Assembly: GCA_046485285.1 (NCBI GenBank)
Contig: JAWOHE010000074.1
Coordinates: 1-18,704 of the forward strand
Direction: 5' to 3'
Length of the DNA stretch: 18,704 bases
DNA from: a bacterium
Lineage (GTDB): Bacteria > Hydrothermota > Tepidihabitantia > Tepidihabitantales > Tepidihabitantaceae
Shown here in pieces: positions 14,777 to 18,704 of this stretch. Below the pieces are notes generated by a model, which was given only the letters and a program-made list of their open reading frames with translations, was not told where the DNA came from and searched no databases. A program made the position numbers and the translations under genes. Within the stretch, counting starts at the first letter, position 1, and each line of letters starts with the position of its first letter.

Positions 14777-17700
14777 GTGAAGCTCTCGTCCGTATCCATC
14801 AGCCGCCCGGTAGCGGTCAGCGTCCTCGCGGTCGCGGTCGCGGTCATCGGGTTCTTCAGCCTCCAGACCCTGGAAGTGGACTACCTGCCCAAGGTCACCT
14901 ACCCGATGGTCAAGATCCACATCTGGTATCGCGGAGCCACCGCCGAGGAAATCGAGACCACGATTGCCGAACCAATCGAGCGGGTGATGGCAACCGTGGA
15001 CAACCTCGACTACCTGGAGTCGTCGAGCATCGAGGGCATGTACACCCTGCTCGTCAACTTCAAGTATGGCGTCGACATCGAGGATGCGTACGCCGACGTC
15101 ACCACCGCGATGGGCCGGGTGGCGCGCCAGCTCCCGGCCGACATGGACCCGCCGGTCATCATCAAGGCCGACCCGTCCCAGTTGCCGGTGATGGAAGTGA
15201 CCGTCAGTTCCGACCGCCACGACCTGGTCTGGCTGCGCGACTGGTCCGAGAACTGGCTGACCGACCGCCTCAATGCGGTCGACGGCACCGCCGGCGTCGA
15301 AGCGGTCGGCGGGCTCAAGCGGGAAATCCGGGTGCTGCTCGATGCCCGCCGCCTCGCGGCGTACGGACTCACTCCGGCCGCAGTGGTGAAAGCCCTGCAG
15401 GAAGAGAACCGCGAGATGTTCGCCGGCCGCGTCACGGTCGGCGCGCGCGAGATCATCGCCCGCACCGCGGGAGAGTTCGGGTCCCTTGAGGAGATGGCCG
15501 AGGTCGTGGTGCTTCGCGGCCCGGACGGCCGCGAGGTCCGGGTCAAGGACTTCGCAACCATCGAGGACTCGCACGAAGAAGCCCGGGTCATCACCCGGTT
15601 CAACGGCCGCCCCTGCGTCAAGCTCAACGTCCTGAAGCAGGCCGACGCCAACACGGTCGCGGTCTCCAAGGCGGTCGCGGTCCGGCTGGCGGAGCTGGAA
15701 GCCGAGGCGCCCGAGGGCGTTTCGTTCAGCTACGTCGAGAACCAGGGCGAGTACGTGATGGCGGCCATCAACAGCGTCGGCAGTTCCGCGATACTTGCCG
15801 CCATGCTTGTCATCTTCATCGTCTACCTGTTCCTCGGCCAGTGGCGGCCCGTGGTCGTGATGGGAACCGCGATGCCGCTCACCCTGCTGGCCAGCTTCCT
15901 GCTGATGCGGCTGGCCGGATTCTCATTGAACCTCTTCTCGCTCGGCGGTCTGGTCGTCGCGCTGGGCGTCATCCTCGACAACTCGATTGTCGTACTCGAG
16001 AGCATCACGCGCCAGCGCAAGCTGGCCGCGCCCGACTTTGCCCTGCGCGGTACCAGCGAAGTCGGCTCGGCCATCATCGCCTCAACCGTGACTTTTGTCG
16101 CCATCTTCCTGCCTTTCGTCTTCATCCCCGGCCTCGCCGCGCTGCTGTTCCAGGAGCTGGTGCTGGTGATCGCCGGCATCGTGCTCATCTCGCTCGCCGT
16201 CGCCCTGACCTGGACCCCGTTCCTCACCGACCGCCTGCTCCGGGCCGAACGCCACGGACAGTCGTTCCCGTTCATGCGGGCGGTTGAAGGCGGAATCAGC
16301 CGCGCCACGGAACGCTACTCGGCTCTGCTCGACCGGCTGCTGGCCCGGGCCCGCTGGCCGGTGGTCATCATCGCCGGGCTGCTGCTGGCGGTCGGGCTTT
16401 TCTTCGCCGGACGGGTCGGCTCCGAATTCCTGCCCTCGGTCGATGACGGCCGGGTAATGGTCAAGGTCCGTTTGCCCAGCGGTGCATCGGTCGCCACGAC
16501 CGATTCCATTCTCTCCCGGCTTGAGGCGGCGGTCCAGGACGAACCGGAGATCGCCAGCATCTTCACCATGGCCGGCGGCCGGGTCTGGGGTCTTGCGACC
16601 TACGAGGTCGCAAACGAAGGCGAGCTCGATATCCAGCTTGTCCGGCGCTCCCGCCGCCGGGTAACGACCCGCCAGTTCATGGACCGCATCCGGCCGATTG
16701 TCGGCAAGGTCCCGGCCCCGGGCGGCCGAATCGGGGTCTCGCAGATGAAGGTCAAGGGCATCCGTCAGGTGGGGACACAGGAAGTAGAGGTCCGCGTACG
16801 GGGACCGGAAATGGGCGGAATCTACGCATTCGCCCGCCAGGTCGCCGCGACGCTCGACACCGTTCCCGGCCTGACCAACGTCACGCTCGCGGTGGACATG
16901 ACCAAGCCTGAGTACCGCTGCCGGCTCGACCGGACCCGGGCCGCGGCCCTCGGCGTCACGGTGAGCGAGTTCGCCGCCGCCCTCCGCGCCCAGGTCGGCG
17001 GAACGGTCGCGAGCCGGTACCGCGTCGGCACCGACTACTACAACATCCGGGTCATCGTGCCGGAATCGAAGCTGACCAGCCGCACCGACCTTGAGGGACT
17101 TGTCATCAAGCAACGGAACGGCCGGCCGGTGTATGTGCGCGACGTCGCGCAGGTCCTGCCTTCGGTCGGCCCGGTGGAGATCGTCCGCACCGACCAGGTC
17201 AAGGAAGTGGTCGTCGGTTCCGACCGGCTTGGGGTGAGCGTCGGCGAAGCTACCGGCCGTGCCGCGGCAGCGGTCGCCGCGATGGAACGAACATCCGGCG
17301 TCGAGTACGTGATGGGCGGACAGGCCCAGATGATGGCCGAGAACCAGCGCACGATGAGCCTGATAATCGCCTTCGCCGCGCTGCTTGCCTTTGTCGTCCT
17401 TGCTGTCCAGTTTGAGTCCCTGCTACTGCCGCTCCTGATACTCGTCGGCATTCCCCTGTCGCTGACCGGCACATTCGCCGCGCTCGCGCTCAGCGGCAGC
17501 GCGCTCGGGTCAACGGTTCAAATCGGCATGGTCGTGATGATGGGCGCGATCATGTCCCAGGGCGTGGTCCTGCTCAGCCTTGCCGAGTCCCATCGCCGGG
17601 CCGGAGTGCCGGCGAACCAAGCGGTGCTGCGGGCCGCGCCGGTCCGGTTGCGGGCGATCCTGATGACCCAGTTGACGACGATTCTCGGGCTCGTGCCGCT

Positions 17701-17902
17701 CGCCCTCAATCTCGGCGAGGGCGGCGACATGCTCAAGCCGATGGCCATCGCGGTCATCGGCGGGCTCATCTACTCGCTGGCCGTGACCCTCTTCTTCCTG
17801 CCCGCGGCCTACTCGCTGGTGCTCGGGTGGAAGAAGCCCGCCGGCCACGAGCCGGCGCCGCCGACGGATGCCGCTTCGGCCGACAACCAGGCCGTGAACT
17901 GA
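14777..17902 (+). CDS. RND efflux transporter inner-membrane subunit (AcrB/AcrD/AcrF-like)
   Basis: 1041 aa with SISRPVAV, LNLFSLGGL..LGVILDNSIVVLE, IFLPF, SEFLPSVDDG, LAVQFES, RLRAILMT and PMAIAVIGGL. Confidence 0.96.
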   Translation: MKLSSVSISRPVAVSVLAVAVAVIGFFSLQTLEVDYLPKVTYPMVKIHIWYRGATAEEIETTIAEPIERVMATVDNLDYLESSSIEGMYTLLVNFKYGVDIEDAYADVTTAMGRVARQLPADMDPPVIIKADPSQLPVMEVTVSSDRHDLVWLRDWSENWLTDRLNAVDGTAGVEAVGGLKREIRVLLDARRLAAYGLTPAAVVKALQEENREMFAGRVTVGAREIIARTAGEFGSLEEMAEVVVLRGPDGREVRVKDFATIEDSHEEARVITRFNGRPCVKLNVLKQADANTVAVSKAVAVRLAELEAEAPEGVSFSYVENQGEYVMAAINSVGSSAILAAMLVIFIVYLFLGQWRPVVVMGTAMPLTLLASFLLMRLAGFSLNLFSLGGLVVALGVILDNSIVVLESITRQRKLAAPDFALRGTSEVGSAIIASTVTFVAIFLPFVFIPGLAALLFQELVLVIAGIVLISLAVALTWTPFLTDRLLRAERHGQSFPFMRAVEGGISRATERYSALLDRLLARARWPVVIIAGLLLAVGLFFAGRVGSEFLPSVDDGRVMVKVRLPSGASVATTDSILSRLEAAVQDEPEIASIFTMAGGRVWGLATYEVANEGELDIQLVRRSRRRVTTRQFMDRIRPIVGKVPAPGGRIGVSQMKVKGIRQVGTQEVEVRVRGPEMGGIYAFARQVAATLDTVPGLTNVTLAVDMTKPEYRCRLDRTRAAALGVTVSEFAAALRAQVGGTVASRYRVGTDYYNIRVIVPESKLTSRTDLEGLVIKQRNGRPVYVRDVAQVLPSVGPVEIVRTDQVKEVVVGSDRLGVSVGEATGRAAAAVAAMERTSGVEYVMGGQAQMMAENQRTMSLIIAFAALLAFVVLAVQFESLLLPLLILVGIPLSLTGTFAALALSGSALGSTVQIGMVVMMGAIMSQGVVLLSLAESHRRAGVPANQAVLRAAPVRLRAILMTQLTTILGLVPLALNLGEGGDMLKPMAIAVIGGLIYSLAVTLFFLPAAYSLVLGWKKPAGHEPAPPTDAASADNQAVN

Positions 17903-17923
17903 AGAACGCCAGGGAGAAACGAC

Positions 17924-18343
17924 ATGCCAGCTTGCTGCGGTAACAACAGCGAACCACAAGCCGCGCCGACCTGCGCCTGTGGCTCGAAGGACCTCCTGCT
18001 CCTCGCCTGCTCGGGTGGCTCGAACGTCGGCCAGATTGCCAACGACGCGGCAAAGGCGCTTGACGGCTACGGCCAGGGTTCGATGTACTGTGCCATCGGG
18101 GTCGGCGCGCAACTGCCCGGCTTCGTCAAAGGCGTGAAGGAGAAGTCGTGCGTGGCGATTGACGGCTGTCCGGTCGCCTGCGTGCGCAAGTCGCTGGAGA
18201 ATGTCGGGGTCGAGCCCGCGGTCCACGTCGTCGTCACCGAACTCGGCATCAAGAAGCACGGCGACTTCGACGGTACGAACGACGACATCGCCAAGGTCGT
18301 CGGCGCGGTCGTGGACGCGCTCGCGGCTCAAACAGGGACATAA
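17924..18343 (+). CDS. DGC-domain putative zinc-binding protein
   Basis: ACSGGSNVGQ, MYC and VAIDGCPVAC, with an extra N-terminal CC and CAC. Confidence 0.88.
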   Translation: MPACCGNNSEPQAAPTCACGSKDLLLLACSGGSNVGQIANDAAKALDGYGQGSMYCAIGVGAQLPGFVKGVKEKSCVAIDGCPVACVRKSLENVGVEPAVHVVVTELGIKKHGDFDGTNDDIAKVVGAVVDALAAQTGT

Positions 18344-18351
18344 CCGATTCC

Positions 18352-18396
18352 GGGGACATGACCCGTTTCGGTCCTCCGAACCGGGATCGTGTCCCC
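18352..18396. repeat. Long imperfect palindrome (REP-like or terminator) after the operon
   Basis: ggggacatgacccgtttcgg-tcct-ccgaaccgggatcgtgtcccc. A partial direct copy, gggacataacc (18335-18345), contains the DGC stop codon. Confidence 0.6.
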
Positions 18397-18529
18397 ATTC
18401 CCTAACCCGCCGCACTCGCACAAACTCCAATCGCCTGTGTTAGTCAAAACTAACGATTCCAGTTTTGCGAGAATCGTCATAACCGAATGAAAAACCGAGG
18501 CTTCATTCACCTTTGAATTTACCCCCTCC

Positions 18530-18704
18530 GGTCAAGTGCCGAATTGTCTGCAAAATGAGCCGTGCCGCTGTCTGTCTTCACGATTCGTCTTCGCACTGAC
18601 TCATATCGAGGTACTGGGGCTGACCGGCCCACTCGGCCGACTGCTCCATCGCGTGGGCGGTAACCAGTCGCAAGCAGGACGCTTCGTTCGGAAACACCCG
18701 GATC
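18530..18704 (-). mobile_element. IS256-family insertion sequence, right end
   Basis: Transposase C-terminus followed by a terminal-IR-like sequence, GGTCAAGTGCCGAATTGTCTGCAAAAT (18530-18556). The left end lies outside the window, so the IR boundary is inferred. Confidence 0.75.
18578..18703 (-). CDS. IS256-family (mutator-type) transposase, C-terminal fragment
   Basis: Translated by hand: IRVFPNEASCLRLVTAHAMEQSAEWAGQPQYLDMSQCEDES*, matching the IS256 C-terminal FPNxxSxLRL...E..EW....YL.M signature. Confidence 0.85.
   Translation of the reverse strand: MRVFPNEASCLRLVTAHAMEQSAEWAGQPQYLDMSQCEDES

Overview
GC-rich bacterial window, probably FCB superphylum. This is inferred from a T9SS/FlgD-Ig-type C-terminal sorting domain; the gene styles recall WOR-3-like lineages, which is unverified. 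Left part: a minus-strand, translationally coupled pair of secreted proteins (a 741-aa fibre/adhesin with 17 x 15-aa Gly-rich repeats and a truncated partner missed by the ORF track), an orphan thioredoxin lipoprotein, a secreted CBM-like/sorting-domain gene interrupted by one in-frame TGA, and a stand-alone elongation factor G with an 8-aa insertion in domain V. Divergent from fusA is a tightly coupled 12-gene ArsR-led operon (6877-18343): arsR, arsM, ccdA-like, Trx lipoprotein, arsP, USP, MTH895-type glutaredoxin-like, an unknown Cys-rich secreted protein, TolC-family OMF, MFP, RND transporter and a DGC protein. It has no arsC, acr3/arsB or arsA in the window. The window ends with a REP-like hairpin, an AT-richer segment and the right end of an IS256-family element. 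The best candidate for an undescribed system is arsenic methylation coupled to a periplasmic thiol-redox branch, a Cys-rich periplasmic protein and a tripartite RND pump. All calls come from motif recognition by eye; no searches were run.
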